This document shows positions 27,522 to 36,274 of a stretch of DNA of 64,000 nucleotides, in pieces. The translations under genes and the position numbers were made by a program. Each line of letters opens with the position of its first letter. The first letter of the stretch is position 1. The notes under the pieces are model-generated. The model saw only the letters and a list, made by a program, of their open reading frames with translations. It did no database searches and was not told the DNA's origin. This DNA is from a virus. The stretch spans positions 1 to 64,000 of IMG/VR virus record IMGVR_UViG_3300023198_000559; one strand, 5' to 3'.

Positions 27522-27860
27522 TTACAAAGATACTACTTTAGTCTTTGTATAAACACCTTTCGTGTTAATTAAATGACCCTTCTTAACCCAACTAGCTAAT
27601 GACCCAGCTATTTGCATTGTTGTAAGGCCTAATCTATTCTTTGCAGCAAGAGCTACTAAGAATGGTTTATCAAATTTATCTGGTAACCACTCAAATGGTA
27701 ATGTATCAGGTGAACCAGGTGCTTTAAAAGCTTGAGCTTCAATTGATGTTACTTCTCTTGTATTTGCATCAACTACCTTTACTTGTTTACCAGTGATAAC
27801 TACTTTAAATCTATCAGCTTTGATAGTAATCGGTTGTGAATTAATTTCTAATTGTAACAT
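27522..27860 (-). CDS. hypothetical protein, possible C-terminal winged helix
   Basis: Start MLQLEI; helix-WVKKG-beta hairpin tail. Confidence 0.65.
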   Translation of the reverse strand: MLQLEINSQPITIKADRFKVVITGKQVKVVDANTREVTSIEAQAFKAPGSPDTLPFEWLPDKFDKPFLVALAAKNRLGLTTMQIAGSLASWVKKGHLINTKGVYTKTKVVSL

Positions 27861-28124
27861 AAGGTTTAAGTTTAAATAATAAATGTAGGAGCCCAACAGC
27901 TGTTCCTACTCACCCAGTTCTCAACTGTACCATAAGCAACTCTAGTCCTCACGGACATTGCAAGACGGTTGGGTTTATATGAAGAGTAGCGCACTGCTAC
28001 ATTAAGTCGGCCCTGCCTCATGTTATGTGCTTAAACATCGAGAGACCTCATCACTATATCTTCATTTTAGGGTGCTGTAGGACATTATTTGCATGAGAAT
28101 GTCAATTCTCCCGCACTTGTACGG

Positions 28125-28346
28125 TTATTTATTTTCTACAGCATTTCTTACGGGCTCATGTCGAGTCCTAGAGGTTCTTTTACCTCCTTGTGTCTCAATG
28201 TACACAACTTGATTCATCTTCTTCCCGTGTTGCTTACGTTTCCAGGGAGTGATTACTTGTCTCTCTAATACTACCTTAGTCATTTCTAAAGCATTTAAGA
28301 CCATTCTTAATCTTACGAACCCTTGTACGTGGTATATTATTACCAA
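28125..28346 (-). CDS. small basic hypothetical protein (start uncertain)
   Basis: ORF. Confidence 0.5.
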   Translation of the reverse strand: MVIIYHVQGFVRLRMVLNALEMTKVVLERQVITPWKRKQHGKKMNQVVYIETQGGKRTSRTRHEPVRNAVENK

Positions 28347-28419
28347 CGTGATGAGGATTCTTACGACGTTTACTAGTTTTCTTAGTTTTCACTGTATTAC
28401 AATTTAAGTTGAACAAATA

Positions 28420-28797
28420 TTAATATCCTGTATACTGATTAGTATACTGTTTAATTAATTTCTTAAGCCATCTAACTCGAGGCTTAATAAGATATGGTTT
28501 GTAAAGAAATACACCAGTTGTAGTGATGTTCATCTCAATGTCACCATCAAAACTCTTGGGTGAATAGGTTATAAACTTATTATTAAGTCTATTTTGAATA
28601 AGAGTAAATAACATACTAGCTTGCATATCATTAATCTTACCTTCCCTTTTCATAGCATACACAGCAGTACATAGACCATCATATTTAGTTGGTCGTATAC
28701 TAGGATGTGTAAACTCTTGTAATAGTAATTCTAGTAATCTTCTCATGGTCATATTAGCTTGATTTAGTTTGTACATTGATTTAAATGACATCCCCAA
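28420..28797 (-). CDS. hypothetical protein (start uncertain)
   Basis: ORF. Confidence 0.6.
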   Translation of the reverse strand: MGMSFKSMYKLNQANMTMRRLLELLLQEFTHPSIRPTKYDGLCTAVYAMKREGKINDMQASMLFTLIQNRLNNKFITYSPKSFDGDIEMNITTTGVFLYKPYLIKPRVRWLKKLIKQYTNQYTGY

Positions 28798-28799
28798 GT

Positions 28800-30264
28800 A
28801 TTTTTACTCGGCTGTCCAAGTGCACTTGCGCTAAGACTGTGTTCTACTTGAGGATATTGTGCTGTATGGAGAGTCGAACTCCTAATATAGTATTCTAACT
28901 ACATTATGCCCAAATTACAGCGGTGATTAAGTTACAAGCTGAGAATGTGACTTGTATGTTATGATTATCTACCTTTTCAAGTATAATTCACACTTAGGTT
29001 TAACTAAGTACATAACATAGAGAGTTGATTACAACCATTTACTACTACTATTCATATAAACTTCAATTTCTGCAACCATCCTTGGAAGGACTCGCAGTGT
29101 TCCCACACTACTAGGTTAAACATACTTTATTCATTTCATCAAAGCTCCTTGCGGGTGCTAAGACAACTGTATCTTACAACAGTATAACTCTATTGTTGAA
29201 TAATAGTCTACAGGCGTTGGGCTTTTCGAGTTTAAGATGAGCTTATTCAGCTTCTTTCTTTTAGCGAAATATAGTGAGATACAAGACGTCGACTGTAGTC
29301 TACATGCATGCTACTCTTGCGAGCAGTTTAGCTTGTTACGCCTTGTTGTAAGTTATCAGCTTACGGTGGATTAAGATGCTACTACAAGAGCACACCCTAA
29401 TTACTGACCACAACACTAATAGATTGATATTCTATTTTGCATCGTACCCTACACAGTTCCCTATTGCTATTTCTAGCTCAACTCCAGTCACCACTGGAAT
29501 ATACTCTCAGGTATTAACCCATTGAATATGTTATATGCATGCTTACATGGATTGGTATCAGTCCTGACACCAACGCTCGTCACCTTATTTCGAAGAATGA
29601 CTTACTTTATACTCATCACTGAGTTTATCCTAAGGCTATAAGCAACCTTTTCTTAAATGCTTGGGAGCATAGTGTACACTACCTCCCTCGACCCTCCAGC
29701 GTAACCTGTACAAGCTATCTAGATAGGATTTCGGTCTTAAATATCTTAAGTTAATATATCTTACAGACAATTTGAGTTCTTGCCTATTATACTTTCAGTT
29801 ACAGGTGAAACCCTGCATCTCAATACTTTCCATAGCTACATACTATCCAACATGTATCGCCACCTATAGCAGGTAGACGTAGGTTTCGAACCTATACGTA
29901 GAAGATATATTAACTCTCAATTACTCTTAGTGAGTAATGAGTTTAATGCTTAGGTAAGTATCTGGTGCGCTAGATGTCTTAGTAGGGCGTATTCCCATAC
30001 CTTATACTTACCATTGTTACTCTTTAGTTGTACATAAGTCGTAACATCTTACGTTAGCACATTGCTTTTGTGTCCGGGTCTAGTGCTATCACAGGACTGC
30101 AGTTTTTAATCTCACGGCCAGAAATAGAGGCACGTTACCTCTACCAACAGACAATGGTGCTCCACAACCTAATCAACACTCTTCAGTGTCTTTTGAATGC
30201 TTCTATGCTACCAATGAATATTCCTACTGCTCGTACAGAGCGTTCCGTAGGTCCAACCTAGTAT
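28800..30264 (-). ncRNA. island of structured non-coding RNA(s)
   Basis: No credible ORF over ~1.46 kb; many hairpins with GNRA loops on the minus strand and long closing stems. Confidence 0.65.
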
Positions 30265-30471
30265 CTATACAAAATGAGGGACTGAACCATGTTCTTCCAG
30301 GTAGTCACTTATCATCTTGTCGGCTCTCTCTTGTAGTATGATGTCTACATCCTTTACTACTTTGAGTATCACACGATCCATAACCTTATCAGGACACTTA
30401 CCACTATTTATGGTAGCTGTCCTAATATGGTCAAGTTCGGAATTAGTAAATTGTTCTAAGAATCTCTTCAC
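30265..30471 (-). CDS. hypothetical protein
   Basis: ORF. Confidence 0.55.
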   Translation of the reverse strand: MKRFLEQFTNSELDHIRTATINSGKCPDKVMDRVILKVVKDVDIILQERADKMISDYLEEHGSVPHFV

Positions 30472-30740
30472 CTTCTTGTTCTTCTAAAGGTGCTTATTCT
30501 TGTAATTAATACAGAGTCTTGTACAAGTTTCATATTACCAGCTAAGGTAATAAGTGTTGTATCTGACTCATAGTACTGTAATATGCCTAAACGTTGTTCA
30601 TAGTCTATTACAGTATGAAATGCTACTTTAAGTAGCACTACGGGTTCTTTGGCTTTATATTTAGCCACTCTCTCACTCTTGGATGTACAAGCAGATGCTA
30701 ATGCAAGAGTAAGGATTAATATTACTAAAGTATTTCTCAT
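30468..30740 (-). CDS. putative lipoprotein
   Basis: Signal peptide with lipobox-like ASAC. Confidence 0.6.
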   Translation of the reverse strand: MRNTLVILILTLALASACTSKSERVAKYKAKEPVVLLKVAFHTVIDYEQRLGILQYYESDTTLITLAGNMKLVQDSVLITRISTFRRTRR

Positions 30741-30865
30741 AGTTTACTTTATAAACACTATCCAACATGAAAGTAATATAGATGTAACAGTAATACTAAT
30801 GAAGACTGTTTGTACTAACCACAATAATGCAGGTGTATTAATAATATGTTCAAGGATTCTATCTA

Positions 30866-31066
30866 TCATAATAGTTGTGGTGTAATTACTTTATCAAATT
30901 GTTCTTGAAGAGTTATATGAGTTACCTCATAAGCTGTCTCCTTGTAATGCTCTTTAATTAGCATGTCTAACTGACCAAGTGTATAGGCCAATAATAGTAG
31001 ATGCTCAGTTGTTATACTACGTTCTACTGTTACGAAGTATATCTTTATTTTAGTATTCTTATTCAT
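30866..31066 (-). CDS. hypothetical protein
   Basis: ORF. Confidence 0.55.
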   Translation of the reverse strand: MNKNTKIKIYFVTVERSITTEHLLLLAYTLGQLDMLIKEHYKETAYEVTHITLQEQFDKVITPQLL

Positions 31067-31623
31067 CTTTACGAAGTACTATTTGATTAAATAACTACTC
31101 AGACTTTCTGAATAGTAAATGTCTTTTGAGGCTATAGTATACTTACTACTTATAAGTAGTATAATAGAGAAAGTAGAGAAAGTATATAGTTTTACTGTGA
31201 GTCCTTCTCTCTCTCTAAGAGTTTATAGTCAAATAGTAAGTGTAAAGCTATGATGCCTCGCTATCACCTGAGAGGATATACCTGCTGCAACCATTAGCTT
31301 TACTTCTTCTTACTATTAATACCTATAGTCGTTACTCATACGCCATAGGTTATATATCTTGAGTTCTCTTCTGTCGTACTGTATTGGCATAGGACTTAGA
31401 AAAGAATTGAAATTCGCTATATACGAACATGGACAGTTCTAACAAGTGGCACACGAAGTCCACTTGCGTCTGAGACTGTAGAGGTTAGTCCACAATCATG
31501 AGCCCAGTTCGTGCATCGAACCATCGCCCATCGATTAATACCTTTCTCATAGTGATGAGGTTAGGGTGAAGAGGTGCACACTACTTCATCTGGTGAGTGT
31601 GCTTAACCAGTTGGTACATCAGG

Positions 31624-31869
31624 CTACAGAGTGAACTGTAGTGTAGCGCCTGTACCAGCGTTACAAAGGACTGCAGTACCGTCTTCGAAGACAGCAAACT
31701 GGGCCTCCTTAGTCTTATCGTAAGACTTGGAAACAGGTCCTTGCTCAGCACCACAGCTCCAGAAATCTCCTTTGCCTGCGTTGAGTACTCTTATTTCGTC
31801 AGAGTCAGCACGTCCCTTTAATTCACTTACTGTAAGCGAATAAGAAATCTTAGACTTTGTGTCTGCCAT
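31624..31869 (-). CDS. first gene of the leftward arm, hypothetical
   Basis: Clean ORF next to the strand switch. Confidence 0.75.
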   Translation of the reverse strand: MADTKSKISYSLTVSELKGRADSDEIRVLNAGKGDFWSCGAEQGPVSKSYDKTKEAQFAVFEDGTAVLCNAGTGATLQFTL

Positions 31870-32700
31870 TCTTAGGATTGCAGTTGGATTAACCCGACGG
31901 GGGTACCCAAGACTGCGAAATTAAGAGGGGGAGATTCGCTATATCACACCTACGCTTATACTCAGACAAACAATTTTCTAAAAATATTTTAAAAATTTTA
32001 CACGGTAGACTAATAAGGGTACAACACGGTAGACTAATTATGGTACGTAGTAAGGAAGTCAGGTTAAACCTGATCTACCTACTAAGAAACGCCAGGGGGT
32101 ACTGGCTTTAGGGTGTAGGAGATATCATGCATAAGGTATGAATCCGGGACTGTTTTGTATGATGTAGACGACATTCATGTCGCACATATTGTAATAATTT
32201 GAGCACAATACCGGTACAAGGTACTAATCTCTAAAAAGTACTAATAGAAATAAATGTCACAAATCCAGGTGTTAATAGAAGAAATTCCCTTTAACTGTCA
32301 CAAATCTACTAGTTAGTAGAAGATTTTGTCACAACTTGGACAGTAACTAGGACACAGTGTCCAAGTACTTTATACATATATGTATATAAAAAATGTACTA
32401 AAGTATACATTTATGTATAATAAGTACGTACGTGTATAAAGTCAACCTATATAGATACTAATTTCTAAAAGTCAACCTATGTGCTGACAAAAGCCCGGGA
32501 GTTGTCAGGGTAAGGCCTGCCTACTAAGTTTCAAGCAAATTGCGAGCGGTCCCATTCAATTACAAAGGACTCTAACCTCAACCGGGCATGCAAAGTTACT
32601 ACACCTTAAAGGATAAATATACGATTAAGTGAAAATAATTTAACAATAGTTTGGTAAGTTAATATAATGTATTAACTTTGTAGTACAATATATTATACTT
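31870..32700. repeat. strand-switch control region with direct repeats and palindromes (candidate origin or genome end)
   Basis: ACACGGTAGACTAAT x2, TGTCACAA x3, AAAGTCAACCTAT x2, TATACAT(A/T)TATGTATA x2. Confidence 0.6.
32650..32680 (+). promoter_or_regulatory. Bacteroidota-type promoter for the rightward arm
   Basis: TTTG-N19-TAACTTTG. Confidence 0.75.
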
Positions 32701-32722
32701 CAACTAATAACAACAACAAAAG

Positions 32723-33055
32723 ATGGAAATTACAATTAAAACAAAAGTTGGGACTGTAGTATTTGACAATCTCGAACCCGGGATGTCAATGGATATCAGC
32801 ATAAACCCTGGGCATCCTGTTAAGAAGGCTCGAGTTTCTGTGAGTCTTTATGGCTTCAGGTCTATTCAAGATGATCATTTTAGTGGAGGTACCGTTTCAG
32901 GTCACCGTTCTTTAGTAGATGATATGGTAAGAGTAGGCGTAGATATTGAGTATGAAACCTCTAAAGATCATGTTTACCTGTCAGACCAGGAGGTGCCTAT
33001 TAAGACTAAGAAGACTAAGTTCATAGACCTATCAACTTACAAAGTAAGCAAATGA
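32723..33055 (+). CDS. hypothetical protein
   Basis: ORF after promoter with CAA-rich leader. Confidence 0.7.
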   Translation: MEITIKTKVGTVVFDNLEPGMSMDISINPGHPVKKARVSVSLYGFRSIQDDHFSGGTVSGHRSLVDDMVRVGVDIEYETSKDHVYLSDQEVPIKTKKTKFIDLSTYKVSK

Positions 33056-33276
33056 TCCAGAGCTTCAACATTGACGGGAAACAGCATTACTCTGTAGAGT
33101 CCGTTGCCAAAATGATTCAAGAATACATATATCGCCTTAAGGGGGTGGTAGTTACTATTAGGTTAAAGAGAGAACCTAAGGGATACAGTGTTTTTCCTGG
33201 AGATGTTGAGCTCTTTAACTTAGCAGCTACCTACGCTATAGCAGCGTGGGAAGGAGGCTACAAACGGAAGAGATAA
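33052..33276 (+). CDS. hypothetical protein
   Basis: Coupled ORF. Confidence 0.7.
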   Translation: MIQSFNIDGKQHYSVESVAKMIQEYIYRLKGVVVTIRLKREPKGYSVFPGDVELFNLAATYAIAAWEGGYKRKR

Positions 33277-33677
33277 TGGTATTTAGACAACAAAGAAACT
33301 TTCAATTCGAAATTCAGAATGTACCTATCTATGATAATAGTGTAACACTGTATACTAATCATATTGTAGAGTCTTTACCAGAACCGCATATAGGTACTGG
33401 AGACTTCAAGTTCTACTACACCTTTACAGCTGACGTTAATGGAGAGTTAAATATTCCTTTTGGTTCTAGAGATGAAGGGCATCTGTTTCTATTAGATGTT
33501 AGAGCTAGGGACTATGATCCGTATAAGTATGAGCATACTTTCATAAATATGAATATGAGAACATTCCTGGATATGAAGTTATCTACTAGTACTGATAAGG
33601 ATCTTGAGCAGTTAGAGCATGTAGAGGATACCGGGATGACCTGGGTAGAAGAAATAGAAAAAGAATTAGTATTATGA
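33276..33677 (+). CDS. hypothetical protein
   Basis: TAATG-coupled start MVFRQ. Confidence 0.65.
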   Translation: MVFRQQRNFQFEIQNVPIYDNSVTLYTNHIVESLPEPHIGTGDFKFYYTFTADVNGELNIPFGSRDEGHLFLLDVRARDYDPYKYEHTFINMNMRTFLDMKLSTSTDKDLEQLEHVEDTGMTWVEEIEKELVL

Positions 33678-33934
33678 GTAAGTTAATCAATTGGGACAAA
33701 ACGTTCCCTGAGTTAGATAAGATGTCAGTGATGAAAGTATTCATAGCTATAGTAGCTTCCTGTACTGATGAGTATCTTTGGTATTCTAATAAAGAAACTA
33801 TTGCTTCTATAGCCTGGAGGTGGCAGATAGCTGTATCCACAGTTAAAGCAGCCCTTGCCATACTTGAAGAGAAATTATTTTTAACCCGAAAGTCAAGAGG
33901 GGTTTACACAGTTAATAAAGAATACTTAGTATGA
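33674..33934 (+). CDS. winged helix-turn-helix protein
   Basis: IAxxxxIAVSTVKAALxxLEEK..L.R..RGVY.VN. Confidence 0.75.
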   Translation: MSKLINWDKTFPELDKMSVMKVFIAIVASCTDEYLWYSNKETIASIAWRWQIAVSTVKAALAILEEKLFLTRKSRGVYTVNKEYLV

Positions 33935-34650
33935 TTAAGTTTACAGTAGACGACCATAAGTATACTAATAAGGAAGGTAGCATCTATACCTCTGTTACTA
34001 CCGTTATTAAAGAGTATAAGTCTTTCGATAAGGTTGCAGTGGCAAAGAAGTATGCAGTTAAGCATCCTGAGAAGTCAGCCGCAGGTTGGATTAAGGAGTG
34101 GGAGAGAATTGGACAGGAGGCTGCAGAGTATGGAACTAAGGTTCATAAGGAGGAAGAGGATAAGCTGAGAGCTAACCCTATGTTTCAAGAGGGTAGTTAT
34201 CAGGTAGACGTTAATACTATTAGGTCATTGGACAGTATAAGTAAGCTACCGAACGGAGAGTACCCCGAGTTACTCATATGGAGTAACAAGTATATGATAG
34301 CAGGCCAGGTAGATAAAGTGACTATAACCGATGGAACCGTTGACATCACTGATTATAAAACGTATAAGAAAGGTGTTGATCTTAAATCATTCTACAACCC
34401 ACGCAAAGGTGGCTGGCAGATGATGAAGAGTCCATTGCACAGTCTACAGGATTGTAACTACAACCACGCAGGAATACAACTAGGTCTTTATGCTTTAATG
34501 CTGGAAGAACTAGGTTATACTATAGGAACCTTAACTATGGTTCACATAGATAGAGAAGGTGTCAAAGTACCATATAATGTACCTTACACTAAGTTTAAAA
34601 TGTTTGTTAATTTTATGTTACTTAACTTTATGAAAGATGGAAAAGTATAG
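33931..34650 (+). CDS. PD-(D/E)xK exonuclease (RecB-like)
   Basis: SVTT, GTxVH, AGQVD, ITDYKT, QLGLY. Confidence 0.85.
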   Translation: MIKFTVDDHKYTNKEGSIYTSVTTVIKEYKSFDKVAVAKKYAVKHPEKSAAGWIKEWERIGQEAAEYGTKVHKEEEDKLRANPMFQEGSYQVDVNTIRSLDSISKLPNGEYPELLIWSNKYMIAGQVDKVTITDGTVDITDYKTYKKGVDLKSFYNPRKGGWQMMKSPLHSLQDCNYNHAGIQLGLYALMLEELGYTIGTLTMVHIDREGVKVPYNVPYTKFKMFVNFMLLNFMKDGKV

Positions 34651-34861
34651 ATTTGTTTACATTACCGGTACAGCCCTTAAGTTTAAAATGGGGAAAGAGA
34701 ATACTGGTACAAGAGAGATACACGCAGTGAACGTGATATTCGATCCTAACGCTAATTACGAATACGATGAGCGTCTAGATTGTCAAATAGAGTCTCAAGA
34801 AGAGATGGACAATATTAAAAGTTTTGTTGCACATACTGGACAATTTACAAGATGGGAGTAA
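34637..34861 (+). CDS. hypothetical protein
   Basis: Coupled ORF. Confidence 0.55.
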   Translation: MEKYRFVYITGTALKFKMGKENTGTREIHAVNVIFDPNANYEYDERLDCQIESQEEMDNIKSFVAHTGQFTRWE

Positions 34862-35136
34862 GTATTAGAATATGTTCTGAGAACAAAGTCGAAATGAGAG
34901 CCTTGAAAGCGAAGGCTAAACGAATATTAAAGTTTCATGAGCAGTTTCCTGACATGAGTGCTGAAAGAAGAATGCTCTTTACCGTTCGTTTGAACGAAAT
35001 GATGGAGAGAGTTGAAATGCTCAAAAGAGATAAAAACGCCAATGTGCGTACTAAAACATTTGAAAAGGATAGGGATGCTGATTATCAGTTCACCTATGTA
35101 CTAAAAAAGAAAAACGTTAAAAATAGAAAATTATGA
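34852..35136 (+). CDS. hypothetical protein
   Basis: Coupled ORF. Confidence 0.6.
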   Translation: MGVSIRICSENKVEMRALKAKAKRILKFHEQFPDMSAERRMLFTVRLNEMMERVEMLKRDKNANVRTKTFEKDRDADYQFTYVLKKKNVKNRKL

Positions 35137-35483
35137 TAACAAAAGAAGAGTTAGATCAAACCATTGAGAGTTTATCTAAAGTTGAAACTATGGAATACTT
35201 CATTCTTGTATTAGCTCCTATACCTTCTGAGACAACAGAATCTGGTATTATTAAAGGGGATGCTGTTATGGAAGATGAAAAAGATAAATTAGAATCTTTC
35301 ATGTATGTAGTTAAAGTAGGTTTAAAAGATGGTCCTATACAACCTCGTGATAAAGTATTCACACAAGGAGAAGTGTTAACCTTTACGGATAAAAGTAATG
35401 TAGAGGAACTTGATATTGCTCCGGAAGGGTATGGTATTGGGTTAATTGCAGTACCTTCTGTAAAATTATATATCAAAGCGTAA
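35133..35483 (+). CDS. GroES-like co-chaperonin
   Basis: ILV...ETTESGII...VVKVG...DKV. Confidence 0.6.
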   Translation: MITKEELDQTIESLSKVETMEYFILVLAPIPSETTESGIIKGDAVMEDEKDKLESFMYVVKVGLKDGPIQPRDKVFTQGEVLTFTDKSNVEELDIAPEGYGIGLIAVPSVKLYIKA

Positions 35484-35680
35484 TGGAAGATTTAATATTC
35501 ACATGTATCGAAATAAAGCAAGGAATGGCTGGTACTAAAGTTATTTTTTCTTTAGAGAGATTTGAAAATAAAAAGAACCCAGCCTTTGCAGGAGGATTAC
35601 CTTTTGGACAATTAGAAATTGCTTATGTACCTAGTATGAAGTACGAGATAGGAAAAAAATATAAAGTAAACATAAAATAA
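35483..35680 (+). CDS. hypothetical protein
   Basis: Coupled ORF. Confidence 0.6.
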   Translation: MEDLIFTCIEIKQGMAGTKVIFSLERFENKKNPAFAGGLPFGQLEIAYVPSMKYEIGKKYKVNIK

Positions 35681-36033
35681 TGGAAATAGTAAAAGTAAAT
35701 ACAGCCAAGCTAGGACTTAGTAGGGCCTACCTAATCCTCTTTAATGGAAGCTTGAAGCTCACAGAAAGAGAACTGGATTTACTTTCTTTGCTACTTGATA
35801 GGTACACACAGTTTAAAAAGGAGGGGTTAATCGAACCTTTCCTTTCTAAATTTGTATTTTCAACAGAGACTAAAAAGGATGTTCAGAAAAGTATGGACAT
35901 TAATGCACAATACTTTCAGAATATCATTTCTGGTTTAGTGAAGAAAGGATGTCTTAAATCTCTAGGTAGTGGTTTGTACTTAATCAATGCCAGTTTAATA
36001 CCTAGAAAACAAATAGGTTTCAGCTTTGGATAA
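35680..36033 (+). CDS. winged-helix DNA-binding protein
   Basis: LTERELDLL ... LVKKG.L....GLY.IN. Confidence 0.65.
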   Translation: MEIVKVNTAKLGLSRAYLILFNGSLKLTERELDLLSLLLDRYTQFKKEGLIEPFLSKFVFSTETKKDVQKSMDINAQYFQNIISGLVKKGCLKSLGSGLYLINASLIPRKQIGFSFG

Positions 36034-36274
36034 TCTAGAAAAAATATACCAGGAGGTCGCAACAGAAATGGGGCTTAGTAAGAAGGACGTACGTTCTATC
36101 GCTGAGTCCCAATTTGTGTTTGTGGCTGACACGATGCGAGAAAAGGAATTAAAAGATGTACGTCTGCAATTCTTTGGTTTATTTAAAGTTAAACCCGGGA
36201 GATTACAGCACCTCTCTAAGAACAGTAAAGAAATAATTAAAAGTAAAACAAATGAGTTTGATAAAATCCTTTGA
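36026..36274 (+). CDS. HU/IHF-like DNA-binding protein
   Basis: VATEMGLSKKDV...VRLQFFGLFKVK. Confidence 0.75.
   Translation: MDNLEKIYQEVATEMGLSKKDVRSIAESQFVFVADTMREKELKDVRLQFFGLFKVKPGRLQHLSKNSKEIIKSKTNEFDKIL

Noticed and set aside
29464-29479. 16-nt match (GAGCTAGAAATAGCAA, minus strand) to the engineered SpCas9 sgRNA scaffold
   Set aside because: The GAAA junction in the scaffold is artificial, the flanks do not match, and there is no cas gene or array; a generic GNRA hairpin explains it.
30070-30261. 63-aa plus-strand ORF in the ncRNA island
   Set aside because: GTG start, against the arm's orientation, and no protein-like features.
28800-30264. Group I/II intron or hammerhead ribozyme in the non-coding island
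   Set aside because: No interrupted gene, and by eye no domain V, group I core or CTGATGA/GAAA hammerhead core could be found.
32000-32480. CRISPR mini-array
   Set aside because: Repeats are short, occur in only 2-3 copies, and lack spacer-sized unique intervals.
33931-34650. Cas4 / CRISPR adaptation role for the exonuclease
   Set aside because: It lacks the Fe-S cysteine cluster and any CRISPR context; an ordinary phage PD-(D/E)xK nuclease.
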